A stretch of 64,000 nucleotides of DNA from an uncultured bacterium (GCA_937900255.1 CALCDZ010000003.1:191149-255148), one strand, 5' to 3'. Positions 1 to 10,704 are shown, numbered from the stretch's first letter. Made by a program: numbers and translations. Notes: generated by a model from the letters alone, not told the origin.

Positions 1-1028
1 CACACCTCGGGCGGCCGGAAGGGAAGAAGGCCGCAGCTCTCAAGCTCGATCCGATCGCCAAGCGCCTGACCCAGCTCTTGGGACGGATCGTCGAGAAGCT
101 TCCGGATTGCGTCGGGCCCGAAACCGAAAAAGCCGTGGCCGCCATGAAGGACGGCCAGGTCGTGCTGCTCGAGAACCTGCGTTTCAAGAAGGGGGAGGAG
201 GAGAACGATCCGGAGTTTTCCGAAGCGCTTTCGAGATTGGGCGACGCGTACATCGATGAAGCCTTCGGGACGTGCCATCGCGCCGCCGCTTCGATCGTCG
301 GCATCACGCGCCACCTGCCTTCCTATGCCGGCCCGCTGCTCGTCTCGGAAGTCGCCGCCCTCACGAAAGCTCTCGAGTCGCCCGAACGGCCGTATCTCGT
401 GGTCATGGGCGGCGCCAAGGTCTCGAGCAAGATCGGCGTGATCAGCCAGATGTTGTCCGTCGCCGACCGCGTGCTGCTTGGCGGCGCGCTCGTCGCCCCG
501 TTCTACAAGGCCATGAGCCATTGCATCGGCCAGACGCCTTGCAGCGACGAGGACCTCGCCGCCGCGGCGGAAATCATGCGGCATCCCTACTTCAAGAAGC
601 TGATCCTGCCGCACGACGTCGTGATCGGCGACCCGAAGCGCCCCAAGGATTGGGCCAAGGTCGTCGATCTCCAGGAGGAGCCGTTCGACCTTTGCATCGA
701 GAACGAGGCGATCCTCGATATCGGTCCGAAGACCATCGCGGCCTACGCCGCCTATGTCCGCTCCGCCAAGATGATCGTCTGGAACGGCCCGCTCGGCTGG
801 TTCGAGGAGCCGAAGTTCAGCCACGGGACCTTGGCGCTCGGACGCCTGATCGCCGCCCGCTCCAAAGGCAAGACCTACGGAATCGTCGGCGGCGGAGAGA
901 CGGCGATCGCGCTCGCGAAGACCGGCCTCATGGAGTGCGTCGACCACGTCTCGACCGGAGGCGGCGCCATGCTGGAGTTCCTGGAAGGCAAGGCGTTACC
1001 TGGGCTCCAGCCGCTACGTATCGCTTGA
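1..1028 (+). CDS. pgk: phosphoglycerate kinase (5' truncated by window edge)
   Basis: Frame is open from the window edge (HLGRP motif from nt 3); LLENLRF, GGAKVSSK, VWNGPLG, VGGGET, HVSTGGGA motifs. Confidence 0.97.
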   Translation, partial: HLGRPEGKKAAALKLDPIAKRLTQLLGRIVEKLPDCVGPETEKAVAAMKDGQVVLLENLRFKKGEEENDPEFSEALSRLGDAYIDEAFGTCHRAAASIVGITRHLPSYAGPLLVSEVAALTKALESPERPYLVVMGGAKVSSKIGVISQMLSVADRVLLGGALVAPFYKAMSHCIGQTPCSDEDLAAAAEIMRHPYFKKLILPHDVVIGDPKRPKDWAKVVDLQEEPFDLCIENEAILDIGPKTIAAYAAYVRSAKMIVWNGPLGWFEEPKFSHGTLALGRLIAARSKGKTYGIVGGGETAIALAKTGLMECVDHVSTGGGAMLEFLEGKALPGLQPLRIA

Positions 1029-1056
1029 TATTAAGACCCTATCATTCCACGCGTCT

Positions 1057-1875
1057 ATGGAAGACCACATGTCCGGAAACTGCGGAAACGGCTCGTGCGG
1101 CTGCGGCAGCAAGGGTTGGATGGCGGGCAGCATGCGCCGCAAGCCCTTCTTCGGCCTTCTCGTCCTGGCGGCCGTCATTTACCTTGCCCTGCTCTCGCGC
1201 AATGCCGCCAAGCAGTACGGCACGATCGGCGCGCCGCCGGTCCAGCGCGACAGCATCTCGGTCGACGCCGTCGGCAAGGTCACGGCCCTGCCCGACATCG
1301 CCAGCGTCTCGATCGGCGTCAAGACCGAGAAGAAATCCATCGCCGACGCCCAGAAGGAGAACTCCCTCAAGATGAACGCCATCATCGAGAAGCTCCAGCA
1401 GCTTGGCGTGGCGAAAGAGGACATCCAGACCTCCCAATATTCGATCGACCCCGCCTATGATTACCCGGACGGCAAGGAGATCCTTCGGGGATACGAAGTC
1501 CGGCAGGACGTGGACGTGAAGGTGCGCAAGCTCGACTCGATCAGCGACATCCTGGCTTCCGCCGCTTCGCTCGGCGCCAACCAGATCGGCGGCATCGGCT
1601 TCACGATCGACGATCCGGAGACGCTCCGGCAGCAGGCCCGGCTGAAAGGCATCGAAGCCGCCAAGAAGAAGGCGCAGGATCTCGCGGCCGCCGCGGGCGT
1701 GAAGCTCGGCAAGGTCGTTGGCTTCAGCGAATCGTCCTCCTCGCCGGAATCTCCCGTCTACTACGCCAAGGACATGGTGACCGGGATGGGCGGCGCCTCG
1801 AACCCTTCCCCGAACGTCCAACCCGGTTCGCAGGACGTCATCGTGAACGTCACCGTCCAGTACGAGATCCTGTAG
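1057..1875 (+). CDS. SIMPL/DUF541 domain protein
   Basis: N-terminal TM; [45 protein letters not shown] pattern typical of SIMPL. Confidence 0.88.
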   Translation: MEDHMSGNCGNGSCGCGSKGWMAGSMRRKPFFGLLVLAAVIYLALLSRNAAKQYGTIGAPPVQRDSISVDAVGKVTALPDIASVSIGVKTEKKSIADAQKENSLKMNAIIEKLQQLGVAKEDIQTSQYSIDPAYDYPDGKEILRGYEVRQDVDVKVRKLDSISDILASAASLGANQIGGIGFTIDDPETLRQQARLKGIEAAKKKAQDLAAAAGVKLGKVVGFSESSSSPESPVYYAKDMVTGMGGASNPSPNVQPGSQDVIVNVTVQYEIL

Positions 1876-1885
1876 GGAAGCGGAA

Positions 1886-3148
1886 ATGCCTACCATCCGA
1901 GACATCAAGGCCCGCGAGATCCTCGATTCGCGCGGGAATCCGACCGTCGAGGTCTCCATGACCCTTTCCGACGGGACGTCCGCCAAGGCATCCGTGCCTT
2001 CCGGCGCCTCGACCGGCATCCATGAGGCTCTCGAGCTCCGCGACCGCGACCGCAAGCGCTACCGGGGGCTCGGCGTCCGGAAAGCCGTCGCGAACGTCAA
2101 TGACGTCATCGCGCCGGCGCTCTTCGGCATGGAAGTCCAACAGCAGCGGAAGATCGACGCCCGCATGAACGAGCTCGACGGTACCGCCAACAAAGGGCGT
2201 CTGGGCGCGAACGCCATCCTGGGCGTCTCGCTCGCGGCCGCGCGCGCGGGGGCCGCCTCGCTCCGCCTGCCGTTGTATCGCTACCTGCGCGACATCTTCC
2301 AGCTTGAACATGAAGGGTATCGCATGCCTCTTCCGATGATGAACGTGCTGAACGGCGGCGTCCACGCCGATTGGAGCATCGACTTCCAGGAATGCCTGAT
2401 CATCCCGCGACAGAAGACCTTTCGGGAGCGCGTGCGTTGCGGTTCGGAGATCTTCCATGCCTTGCGGGGGATCCTCAAGGAAAACGGGTATGCCGTCGGT
2501 GTCGGCGACGAAGGCGGGTTCGCGCCCAAGCTCCGCCGGAACGCCCAGGCGTTCGAACTGATCGCCAAGGCCGTCCGCAAGGCCGGATACGCGCTCGGAC
2601 GCGACGTGGCTTTCGGCATGGATCCGGCCGCTTCCGAGTTTTATGACGCCAAGAAGGGGAAATACCGCCTGCTTCGCGATCGCCGCACGCTCGACAGCGA
2701 CGGCATGATCCGGATGTGGCAAGACCTCGTCAGGAAGTGGCCGTTCCTCTCCATCGAGGACGGGTTGGCCGAGGATGATTGGGACGGTTGGAAGAGGTTG
2801 ACCGGGACGCTCGGCAAGAAGATCGCCTTGGTGGGCGACGACCTCTTCGTGACCAACGTCGAGCGCCTGCGCAAGGGGATCGAGCGTGGCGTCGCCAACG
2901 CCATCCTGATCAAGCTCAACCAGATCGGCACCCTCTCGGAGACGATCGACGCCATCCGGCTCGCCCAGCGCCACGGGTACAAGGTCGCGGTCTCGCATCG
3001 TTCGGGGGAGACGGCCGACACCACCATCGCCGACCTGGCGGCGGCCGTGAACGCCGAGTTCATCAAGACCGGATCCCTCTCCCGCAGCGAGCGGTTGGAG
3101 AAGTACAACCGCCTGATGGAAATCGAGGAGGAAACCGATGCCAAGTAA
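1886..3148 (+). CDS. eno: enolase
   Basis: [46 protein letters not shown] motifs. Confidence 0.98.
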   Translation: MPTIRDIKAREILDSRGNPTVEVSMTLSDGTSAKASVPSGASTGIHEALELRDRDRKRYRGLGVRKAVANVNDVIAPALFGMEVQQQRKIDARMNELDGTANKGRLGANAILGVSLAAARAGAASLRLPLYRYLRDIFQLEHEGYRMPLPMMNVLNGGVHADWSIDFQECLIIPRQKTFRERVRCGSEIFHALRGILKENGYAVGVGDEGGFAPKLRRNAQAFELIAKAVRKAGYALGRDVAFGMDPAASEFYDAKKGKYRLLRDRRTLDSDGMIRMWQDLVRKWPFLSIEDGLAEDDWDGWKRLTGTLGKKIALVGDDLFVTNVERLRKGIERGVANAILIKLNQIGTLSETIDAIRLAQRHGYKVAVSHRSGETADTTIADLAAAVNAEFIKTGSLSRSERLEKYNRLMEIEEETDAK

Positions 3149-4712
3149 GAAGCGCGGCAACGTGCGTCCGATGGTGCTGGTCATCTGCGACGGCCTGGGT
3201 TCGGCGCCGGCCGGTTTTCGGGGCAATGCCGTGCTCATGGCCAAGACGCCAACCTTGATGGGGTTGTGGGAAGGGTACCCACATACCGAACTGTTCGCGC
3301 ACGGCCAGCACGTCGGATTGCCTAAACATCAGCCGGGAAATTCCGAGGCCGGCCACCTGAACCTCGGGGCGGGCCGGGTGGTCATGCAGGATGCGGTCCT
3401 CATCAGCAACGCCATCGAGGACGGCACGTTCTTCAAGAACACCGCCTTCATCGAGGCGCTCAAGCACGTCAAGAAATACGGCACGAAAGTCCATCTGATG
3501 GGCCTCGTCTCCACCGGCAACTCGCCGCATGCCAGCATGGACCACCTGTACGGCTTGCTGGAGCTCTGCCGCCGCCAGGATGTGGGAGACGTCCGGCTGC
3601 ATCTCTTCACGGACGGCCGCGACGGACCGCGTTTCGCCGCCACGGAACTGGTGCACGAGATCGAATCCCGCCTGAGGCCGGGAGAGCGCATCGCCAGCCT
3701 GATGGGCCGTTTCTATCCGATGGACCGCAACAAGAACTGGAACCGTCTTGACCTGGCGTATCACGCCATCGTCAACGGCCAGGGCGTGTCCGCGCCGTCG
3801 GCCGAGGCCGGCCTGCTCGCGGCCTACAATCGAGGGGAGACGGATGAGTTCATCGTCCCGACCGTCGTGACCGACCGCGATCATCGCCCGATCGGCACGG
3901 TCGGGGACAACGACGCAGTGATCTTCTTCAACCTGCGTTCCGACCGCGCGCGCCAGTTCTCGAAGACCTTCCTGCTGAACGACTTCGAGACTTCGCAGCC
4001 GGGCGCTTTCAAGCGCCGGCGCGTGGCGCATAACATCCGTTTCGTGGCCATGACGGACTTCGGTCCGGACCTGCAGCACGTGCTGACGGCTTTTCCCGGA
4101 CGGGACGTCAAGAACTCCCTTCCGGCGGTGCTGCAGGACCTGAAACAGCTCTACGCGGCGGAATCCGAGAAATATTCCCACATCACGTTCTTCTTCAACG
4201 GCGGTTTCGACGACAGTCATTTCAACGAGGAGCATCTTCGGATCGAATCGCTGCGCATCCCGCGCTTCGACATGGCGCCGGAGATGAGGGCCGAAGAGCT
4301 GGCCTCGGCGGTGCTGAAGAAGCTGCATACCGGCAACTACCACTTCATCGCCATGAATTTCGCCAACGCCGACATGGTCGGCCACACGGGGAACCTTGAG
4401 GCGTCCATCAGGGCGGTCGAGGTGCTCGACGCCTGCATCGGGCGGATCTGGAAGGAAGTCAAGACGCTCGGCGGGCATCTGGTCGTGACGGCCGATCACG
4501 GCAACGTCGAGCAGATGATCGACGGTTCCACCGGCGCGATCGAGACCGAACACTCCACCAACCCCGTCCCGTTCATCGTCGCCGGTCCTGGACTGGAGGG
4601 CTTTCGGGAATTGCCCCGCGGCGTCCTGGCGGATGTCGCTCCGACCATCCTGGATCTGATGGGCATCCGCCCGCCCGAGGAAATGAACGGACGGTCGCTG
4701 CTTTCGGATTGA
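3138..4712 (+). CDS. gpmI: 2,3-bisphosphoglycerate-independent phosphoglycerate mutase (copy 1)
   Basis: [38 protein letters not shown] motifs. Confidence 0.95.
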   Translation: MPSKKRGNVRPMVLVICDGLGSAPAGFRGNAVLMAKTPTLMGLWEGYPHTELFAHGQHVGLPKHQPGNSEAGHLNLGAGRVVMQDAVLISNAIEDGTFFKNTAFIEALKHVKKYGTKVHLMGLVSTGNSPHASMDHLYGLLELCRRQDVGDVRLHLFTDGRDGPRFAATELVHEIESRLRPGERIASLMGRFYPMDRNKNWNRLDLAYHAIVNGQGVSAPSAEAGLLAAYNRGETDEFIVPTVVTDRDHRPIGTVGDNDAVIFFNLRSDRARQFSKTFLLNDFETSQPGAFKRRRVAHNIRFVAMTDFGPDLQHVLTAFPGRDVKNSLPAVLQDLKQLYAAESEKYSHITFFFNGGFDDSHFNEEHLRIESLRIPRFDMAPEMRAEELASAVLKKLHTGNYHFIAMNFANADMVGHTGNLEASIRAVEVLDACIGRIWKEVKTLGGHLVVTADHGNVEQMIDGSTGAIETEHSTNPVPFIVAGPGLEGFRELPRGVLADVAPTILDLMGIRPPEEMNGRSLLSD

Positions 4713-4777
4713 CGCGGGCGGCCTGCCGGAGGATCCGGCTTGAAACGCCTGCACGTTCCGGCTATCATGTGGTACCT

Positions 4778-6358
4778 ATGCCTGCAATGAATACGCCGCT
4801 CGTCCTGCTCATCCTTGACGGCTGGGGCGTGGCCCCGCCCGACCAAGGCAACGCGCTCGCGCTCGCCGAAACGCCGCGCCTGCGCGCCTTGGCCGCGACG
4901 TATCCTGCCATGACCGTCCAGGCTTCGGGAGAGGAAGTCGGCTTGATGTGGGGCGAGATGGGTAATTCGGAGGTCGGTCACCTGACCATCGGCGCTGGGC
5001 GCGTCTACTACCAGAGCCTGCCGCGCATCAACCGCTCGATCTCGACCGGTGAGTTCTTCCGTAATGCCCAGCTGCTCGCGGCCATCGAGCAGGTCAAGAA
5101 GAACGGCGGCAAGCTGCACCTCATGGGACTGACGTCGATCGGCAACGTGCACGCCTCGCTTGATCATTTGCTGGCGCTTCTCGACTTGGCCGCGCAGCAG
5201 GGCGTCGAGAGGCTGTTCCTGCACGCCTTTTTGGACGGGCGCGACACCACGTATAATGCCGGGATCGACTTCATCGGCACCGCGCTCGATCGCATGAGGA
5301 AGAACGGCGTGGGCAAGCTGGCGACGATGTCGGGCCGCTTTTACGCGATGGATCGCGACAATCGCTGGGAACGCATCGAGAAGGCGTATCGTGCCATGGT
5401 CGACGGCGTGTCTGACGCGACCGCGGAGGACCCTCTTCAGGCGCTTCGGGCGTCGTATGACGCCAAGGTCTACGACGAGGAGTTCGTGCCGACCGTCATC
5501 GTCGAAGGGGGCAAGCCCGTGGCCGTCGTCGAGGACGGCGATGCCGTCATCTTCTTCAACTTCCGTCCGGACCGGGCGCGGGAGATCACCAAGGCTTTCG
5601 CGCTGCCCTCGTTCGACAAGTTCGAACGGACTTATATGCGCGGGCTGATGTTCGTGACCATGACCGAGTATGAGAAAGGGTTGCCGGTTGCGGTCGCCTT
5701 CCCTCCGGAGCCGGTGGGCACGTGCCTGGCCAAGGTCGTCTCCGATGCCGGATTGCGGCAGCTGCATATCGCCGAAACCGAGAAATACGCGCACGTCACG
5801 TTCTTCCTGAACGGCATGAGGGAAGACCCGTTCCCGGGAGAGGATCGCGTCATCATCCCTTCGCCCAAGGTCGCTTCTTACGACCAGCAGCCGGAGATGT
5901 CGGCCGGACCGATCACGGATCGCATCGTGCGCGAGATCGAAGCGGGCACCTACGACCTCATCGCCGCCAATTTCGCGAACGGCGACATGGTCGGTCATAC
6001 CGGGAATCTCGCCGCGACCGTGACGGCGGCCGAAGCCGTCGATCGCTGCATCGGACGCATCGTCGACGCGGCGCTGGCCAGGGGTGGCACGGTCGTCATC
6101 ACCGCCGATCATGGGAACGCCGAGGAAGTCGTCAATCTCCAGACCGGCGCGATCGATAAGGAGCACTCGACGTATCCCGTTCCCTTGATCGTCGTCGGGC
6201 GCCAGTTCGAAGGCATGGCCGGAGAAGGGCAGGAGATGGTCGCCGGCGACATGTCGCTCAATCCTCCGATCGGCATGCTCTCCGACGTCACTCCGACCGT
6301 CCTGAAGATCATGGGCGTGCCGCAGCCGCTCGAGATGACTGGCCGGGCGCTCGTTTAA
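4778..6358 (+). CDS. gpmI: 2,3-bisphosphoglycerate-independent phosphoglycerate mutase (copy 2)
   Basis: LDGWG, GNSEVGH, DGRD, MDRDNRW, AETEKYAH, DMVGHTG, TADHGN; start placed at ATG 4778 after TATCAT. Confidence 0.95.
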   Translation: MPAMNTPLVLLILDGWGVAPPDQGNALALAETPRLRALAATYPAMTVQASGEEVGLMWGEMGNSEVGHLTIGAGRVYYQSLPRINRSISTGEFFRNAQLLAAIEQVKKNGGKLHLMGLTSIGNVHASLDHLLALLDLAAQQGVERLFLHAFLDGRDTTYNAGIDFIGTALDRMRKNGVGKLATMSGRFYAMDRDNRWERIEKAYRAMVDGVSDATAEDPLQALRASYDAKVYDEEFVPTVIVEGGKPVAVVEDGDAVIFFNFRPDRAREITKAFALPSFDKFERTYMRGLMFVTMTEYEKGLPVAVAFPPEPVGTCLAKVVSDAGLRQLHIAETEKYAHVTFFLNGMREDPFPGEDRVIIPSPKVASYDQQPEMSAGPITDRIVREIEAGTYDLIAANFANGDMVGHTGNLAATVTAAEAVDRCIGRIVDAALARGGTVVITADHGNAEEVVNLQTGAIDKEHSTYPVPLIVVGRQFEGMAGEGQEMVAGDMSLNPPIGMLSDVTPTVLKIMGVPQPLEMTGRALV

Positions 6359-6379
6359 GCGTGGCCGCGACCGGGTCTT

Positions 6380-6790
6380 ATGAGCATGCCTGTCGTCCCC
6401 GAATCGGAAATCCGCCTGGAGTTCGCCCGTTCTTCCGGTCCGGGCGGGCAGAACGTGAACAAGGTGTCGAGCAAGGCGCAGCTGCGATGGCACGTCGGCG
6501 GTTCGGCGGCTTTCACGGACGGAGAGAAGGCTTCGATCCGCGCCTTCGCCGGAAACCGCCTCACGAAGGATGACGAGATCGCGCTGTCGGCGGAATCGGA
6601 ACGTTCGCAGCTGCAGAACAGGGAGGAGGCCATCCGGCGGCTGCGGGAGCTGGTGCGCGCCGCTCTCGCGCCGAAGAAGAAGCGCACGCCGACCAAGGTC
6701 AGCCGATCCCAGAAACGGAAGCGGCTCGAAAGCAAGCGTATCGTCGGTGAGCGGAAGAAGAACCGCAGGCCCGTGCGCGGGGAGTGGTGA
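6380..6790 (+). CDS. arfB: alternative ribosome-rescue factor B (peptidyl-tRNA hydrolase)
   Basis: RSSGPGGQNVNKV (GGQ), RSQLQNRE, basic C-terminal tail. Confidence 0.93.
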   Translation: MSMPVVPESEIRLEFARSSGPGGQNVNKVSSKAQLRWHVGGSAAFTDGEKASIRAFAGNRLTKDDEIALSAESERSQLQNREEAIRRLRELVRAALAPKKKRTPTKVSRSQKRKRLESKRIVGERKKNRRPVRGEW

Positions 6791-6861
6791 ACGCTAAGGG
6801 TGCGATTTCTTGGCCGTTTCATTTTTGCATGGAATGAATCGACCAGCTAATATGCGCACAT

Positions 6862-7173
6862 ATGAGATCTTGCATCACTTGCGGCATGCCGTTCGAGGGG
6901 AATCATGCTGACGACATCGGCTTGGAACTCCCTGAAGGACCGGTCTGCGCGTTCGACTCCGCGGGCGGGAAGGTGAAGAGCGGCGAAGAGGTTTTCGAGG
7001 GCGGCGTCGAGTTCTTCGCCCAGGCGGCGACGGGCGGAGACCGCGCGCTGGCCGAGCGCCTGACCCGCCGGAACATGAAGAGCCTGCCGTATTGGCAGGC
7101 GCATCCTTTCGGCAGGCTCGAGGGCGACGAAGCGTCCGAGGAAGAGTTCGGATCCGCCATGGCGAAGCTCTGA
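6862..7173 (+). CDS. small putative zinc-ribbon domain protein
   Basis: CITCGMP N-terminus and LPYWQ end resemble the 'putative zinc ribbon' (CxxCGMP) family. Confidence 0.6.
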   Translation: MRSCITCGMPFEGNHADDIGLELPEGPVCAFDSAGGKVKSGEEVFEGGVEFFAQAATGGDRALAERLTRRNMKSLPYWQAHPFGRLEGDEASEEEFGSAMAKL

Positions 7174-7237
7174 AGATTTGACGCGATCTCGGATGGGCCG
7201 TATCGTGCCACGTGCTATCCATGATATTGATACACAT

Positions 7238-7999
7238 ATGCGACGCATCCTTCCGACGATCATCCTCGCCATCACGATCCTGATTTCGACCCCGTCCCTC
7301 TCCCGTGCCGGGGAGGTTTTCGACACTCCGCCGGCCGATGTCGGGAACGGCGGCGGTGGCGGCAACGTGCCTCCGCCGATGCTCTCGATCGTGACGCGCG
7401 TCGTCAATGACAATGCGGGTGCCAAGGGTCCGGCGGATTTCTCCGCGACGGTCACGAGCGGCCAGCCTTCGGTCAAGCAACGGGTGACCGGCGCCGGCGC
7501 GCTCGGCGCTTCCCTCATCCCGAACCTCGGTCCTTATGAGGTGACGCCCGCATCCGATCCCGGCTACTCGTCCGTCTTGAGCGGCCAGTGCAACGGCACC
7601 CTTACGGACGGCCAGTCGGCGATCTGCACGATCACGTATGATGATCTCGCTCCGGTCCCGGAAATGCCCGTGTCCGATGACCAAGGCGCCGCTCCGGTAT
7701 CCGGTACGACGAAGCCTCCGATGCGGCCGGTCCGCCTCCTTCCCAAACCCATGGGTACGGTACCGGGGAGTGCCAGCGATTCCGGAGAAGTCCTTTCGGC
7801 GACCGGATCGGCCTCCGCCGTCGTCATCAATCATGCCCAGGGTGCAGGGTGCACCTGGTTCTGGGGCTGGTTCGGCTGCTATTGGTGGGTCGCGCTCATC
7901 GTCGTCCTGCTCATGCTCGTTGGACGGTCGGTGCATACCTGGAGCAGGACGGACGTGAAAGCGAAGGGGAATGAGGCTAAGGAGGAAAAGAAACCGTAA
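7238..7999 (+). CDS. secreted/membrane-anchored hypothetical protein
   Basis: Signal peptide, beta-rich segment with Cys pair, Pro-rich linker, C-terminal TM plus basic tail. Confidence 0.7.
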   Translation: MRRILPTIILAITILISTPSLSRAGEVFDTPPADVGNGGGGGNVPPPMLSIVTRVVNDNAGAKGPADFSATVTSGQPSVKQRVTGAGALGASLIPNLGPYEVTPASDPGYSSVLSGQCNGTLTDGQSAICTITYDDLAPVPEMPVSDDQGAAPVSGTTKPPMRPVRLLPKPMGTVPGSASDSGEVLSATGSASAVVINHAQGAGCTWFWGWFGCYWWVALIVVLLMLVGRSVHTWSRTDVKAKGNEAKEEKKP

Positions 8000-8011
8000 G
8001 TGCGAAGGGTG

Positions 8012-8043
8012 ACCCGCGTCGGAAGGCGCGGGTTTCCGTTTTT
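8012..8043 (+). terminator. intrinsic terminator
   Basis: acccgcgtc-ggaa-ggcgcgggt followed by ttccgttttt. Confidence 0.6.
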
Positions 8044-8145
8044 GGACACGCTTTCTTCCGAAAGCGCATTTGACAACGCTTCCGCATGAGGTACTCTCGT
8101 TCCAGTTCCCGAAAACGACAACCGGGTACGAAGGAGGATCAGGCA

Positions 8146-8388
8146 ATGAAGAAACAGACTCTCGTCATCGGCATGCTCATGGCTCTCTCCACCGCCGGTT
8201 CGGCCATGGCCGATTCCGCCCCCACCCCCGGCAACGTGGCTTCCGCGGCGTCCGTGACCGCGTCCGTGCAGGCGCGGAGCCGTCATCCGAAGAGCCGCAA
8301 CCGTCGCGTCCGGTCCCACAAGCATCGCCCCGCTCCCAAGCGCGGCAGCGATCGCACGGCCGCCCCGGCGAGCCGCAGCCGCCGCTGA
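8146..8388 (+). CDS. small secreted Arg-rich hypothetical protein
   Basis: AAGGAGG SD at 8131; signal peptide MKKQTLVIGMLMALSTAGSAMA; upstream TTGACA..TACTCT; hairpin+T run at about 8402-8428. Confidence 0.65.
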   Translation: MKKQTLVIGMLMALSTAGSAMADSAPTPGNVASAASVTASVQARSRHPKSRNRRVRSHKHRPAPKRGSDRTAAPASRSRR

Positions 8389-8450
8389 CCCCGCAGTCCT
8401 CCGCCCCGGTTTGACCGCGGGCGTTTTTCGTTCCATGATGGCGTGGAGAT

Positions 8451-9608
8451 ATGAAGAACTTCACCCTCGTCCATCAGGACAAGAGCTCAGGGGCGCGCGC
8501 GGGCGTCATCCATACCGATCATGGCGACGTGGAGACGCCTGTCTTCATGCCGGTCGGGACGCAGGCGACCGTGAAATCGCTCGACGCTTCCGACATGGAG
8601 GCGCTCGACGCACGCATCATCCTGAACAACACGTACCACCTCCACCTGCGCCCGGGCGAGGACGTCGTCCAGGCCCTCGGGGGCGCGCACCGTTTCCAGA
8701 AATGGGACCGCGCCATCCTGACGGATTCCGGCGGCTACCAGGTCTTTTCGCTCGACGTGAAAGGCGGCGCGCACGGGTCGCTCGTGAAGATCGACGAGGA
8801 CGGCGTCACCTTCAAGTCGCATCTCGACGGCTCCAGCCACCGCTTCACTCCCGAGGAGGCGATCCGCGTCCAGCAGAAGCTCGGCGCCGACATCATCATG
8901 GCTTTCGACCAATGCACGCGCGACGCCGCGACGCCGGGGGAGGCACGCGCCGCCATGGAGCGCACGCACCGCTGGGCCGACCGTTGCCTGAAGGCGATGA
9001 AGGACAAGGTGGACGCGCCGTCGCATCGCCAGCAGCTGTTCGGTATCGTGCAGGGCGGCATCCATAAGGACCTCCGTCGCGCTTCGGCGGAGTTCGTGGC
9101 TTCGCGTCCGTTCGACGGTTTCGCGGTCGGCGGCGAATCCATCGGCTACAACATGGAGAAGACGCGCGAGATCCTCGGCTGGATCGCCGACGTCATGCCG
9201 CAGGACAAGGCGCGCTATGCCATGGGCGTCGGCCTTTCACCGGAGGACCTCTTCGACGTCGTGGAGGGCGGCGTGGACATGTTCGACTGCGTCAGTCCGA
9301 CGCGCGTCGCCCGCAACGGGGCGCTCTTCCATCGCGCTTCCGGGCGTTCCAAGAAGTACCGGCTGGAGATCGGCAACCGCCGCTTCGAACGCGACGCCGG
9401 ACCGATCGACGACGAGTGCGCCTGCTCCACCTGTCGGCGCCATTCGCGCGCCTACCTGCGCCACCTCTTCATGACGCAGGAGATCGCCTACTTCCGCCTG
9501 GCGACCGTCCATAACCTGCACTTCCTGCTCGAACTGATGCGGCACATGCGCCAGGCCATCATCGAGGACCGTTTCCTGGATTTCAAGAAAAATTGGATCG
9601 TGGAATGA
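8451..9608 (+). CDS. tgt: tRNA-guanine transglycosylase
   Basis: TPVFMPVGT, NTYHLHLRPG, LTDSGGYQ, GIVQGG, DMFDCVSPTR, CACSTC..H zinc site. Confidence 0.96.
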   Translation: MKNFTLVHQDKSSGARAGVIHTDHGDVETPVFMPVGTQATVKSLDASDMEALDARIILNNTYHLHLRPGEDVVQALGGAHRFQKWDRAILTDSGGYQVFSLDVKGGAHGSLVKIDEDGVTFKSHLDGSSHRFTPEEAIRVQQKLGADIIMAFDQCTRDAATPGEARAAMERTHRWADRCLKAMKDKVDAPSHRQQLFGIVQGGIHKDLRRASAEFVASRPFDGFAVGGESIGYNMEKTREILGWIADVMPQDKARYAMGVGLSPEDLFDVVEGGVDMFDCVSPTRVARNGALFHRASGRSKKYRLEIGNRRFERDAGPIDDECACSTCRRHSRAYLRHLFMTQEIAYFRLATVHNLHFLLELMRHMRQAIIEDRFLDFKKNWIVE

Positions 9609-9643
9609 AAAAAAAGAGACCCGCCGTGAGACCGGGTCTTTTC
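9609..9643. terminator. bidirectional terminator between convergent genes
   Basis: A-run, agaccc...gggtct stem, T-run. Confidence 0.6.
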
Positions 9644-10121
9644 ACGATGTGAGCGGGGTTTCGCCCTCCTGAAAGGCGTCGGCCAGGATCTCGGAGGCTG
9701 CTTGTTCGCTCAATTCCGGATGGCGGAATATGGCGTAGGCGAATCGGCCACCCCCATCCTTGCACGCGACGATCGCTGCTCCGGTACAGGGTGGACAGGA
9801 GAAGGTGCACCCTATTTCGGCCTCTGGCGGGACTCCCGGAAGGCATGCGATTATCGATCGGAGGATCTCTCTTTGTGGCATGTGAGAAGGATCGGAAATC
9901 CACGTGACCCTGCCTTGGCCGGCGCTGAGTACCACGACGCCGCTGAATCCTACGATGACGGTATCCTCCGCCGCCATCGTTTCCGGCGCGCCGTCGATGA
10001 GTTGGTGCGGCATCTCGCCGCCCATGATGTCCACGAGGATGTTGAAGGTCCCCAGTAGCGCATCATCCGGGAACAGCCCGTTGGCGAGTGCTTGAACGGT
10101 CACGATGTCGATCTTTTTCAT
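9642..10121 (-). CDS. hypothetical protein (paralog of 10195..10704)
   Basis: GGAGG SD; shares AAIV.....GR......RHP..S...A..IL motif with its neighbour. Confidence 0.65.
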   Translation of the reverse strand: MKKIDIVTVQALANGLFPDDALLGTFNILVDIMGGEMPHQLIDGAPETMAAEDTVIVGFSGVVVLSAGQGRVTWISDPSHMPQREILRSIIACLPGVPPEAEIGCTFSCPPCTGAAIVACKDGGGRFAYAIFRHPELSEQAASEILADAFQEGETPLTS

Positions 10122-10194
10122 GGCATTCCTCCGGGTGAATGACCTGGCTGCATCTCAGCAGGAATCCGGAGTTCCGTCAATGAAAAAACCGCCA

Positions 10195-10704
10195 TCAGCT
10201 AGCGGTTGCGTCTTGATCGAGCCCTAGGTCTAGGTCGTCCACGACTTCCTTGAGGATCTGCTGCGCCAATCGCAGGCTGACGCCTGGATGACGATGGAAG
10301 GTCGTCGTCAATCGGCCTTCTGGATCCCGCCAGACGATCGCTGCGGCCAGCGTTGCCGGGAAAAGGTCCGGGATCTCAGGCTCTCCCTCGTCGAGGGCGG
10401 CGAGGTCACCGATCGGCAGTCCTTGGATTGCCTCCACGGCGGCGAAGATGACTTCTCGGTTGAGGGCATCATCGCAGAATGTGCCCGCATACGTACATTC
10501 GTCCTCGCCAAGATGGGAAAGTCCGACTGCGCCGACCATCTCAGCCTTGCAGTCAGGCTGGTCATCGGCCGGGCTTATGGCCGTAAGGGCATCGTTACGG
10601 ACTTCGATGATGGTGAGGAGTGCGGCGACCTGCTCCGGGGACTCTTGGCCGAACGTCTTGATCACCAGTACCAGGATATCCGAGGGGCTCAATGGCGTGG
10701 ACAC
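10195..10704 (-). CDS. hypothetical acidic protein (paralog of 9642..10121)
   Basis: AAGGAG SD plus GTG start; shared C-terminal motif. Confidence 0.65.
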   Translation of the reverse strand: MSTPLSPSDILVLVIKTFGQESPEQVAALLTIIEVRNDALTAISPADDQPDCKAEMVGAVGLSHLGEDECTYAGTFCDDALNREVIFAAVEAIQGLPIGDLAALDEGEPEIPDLFPATLAAAIVWRDPEGRLTTTFHRHPGVSLRLAQQILKEVVDDLDLGLDQDATAS

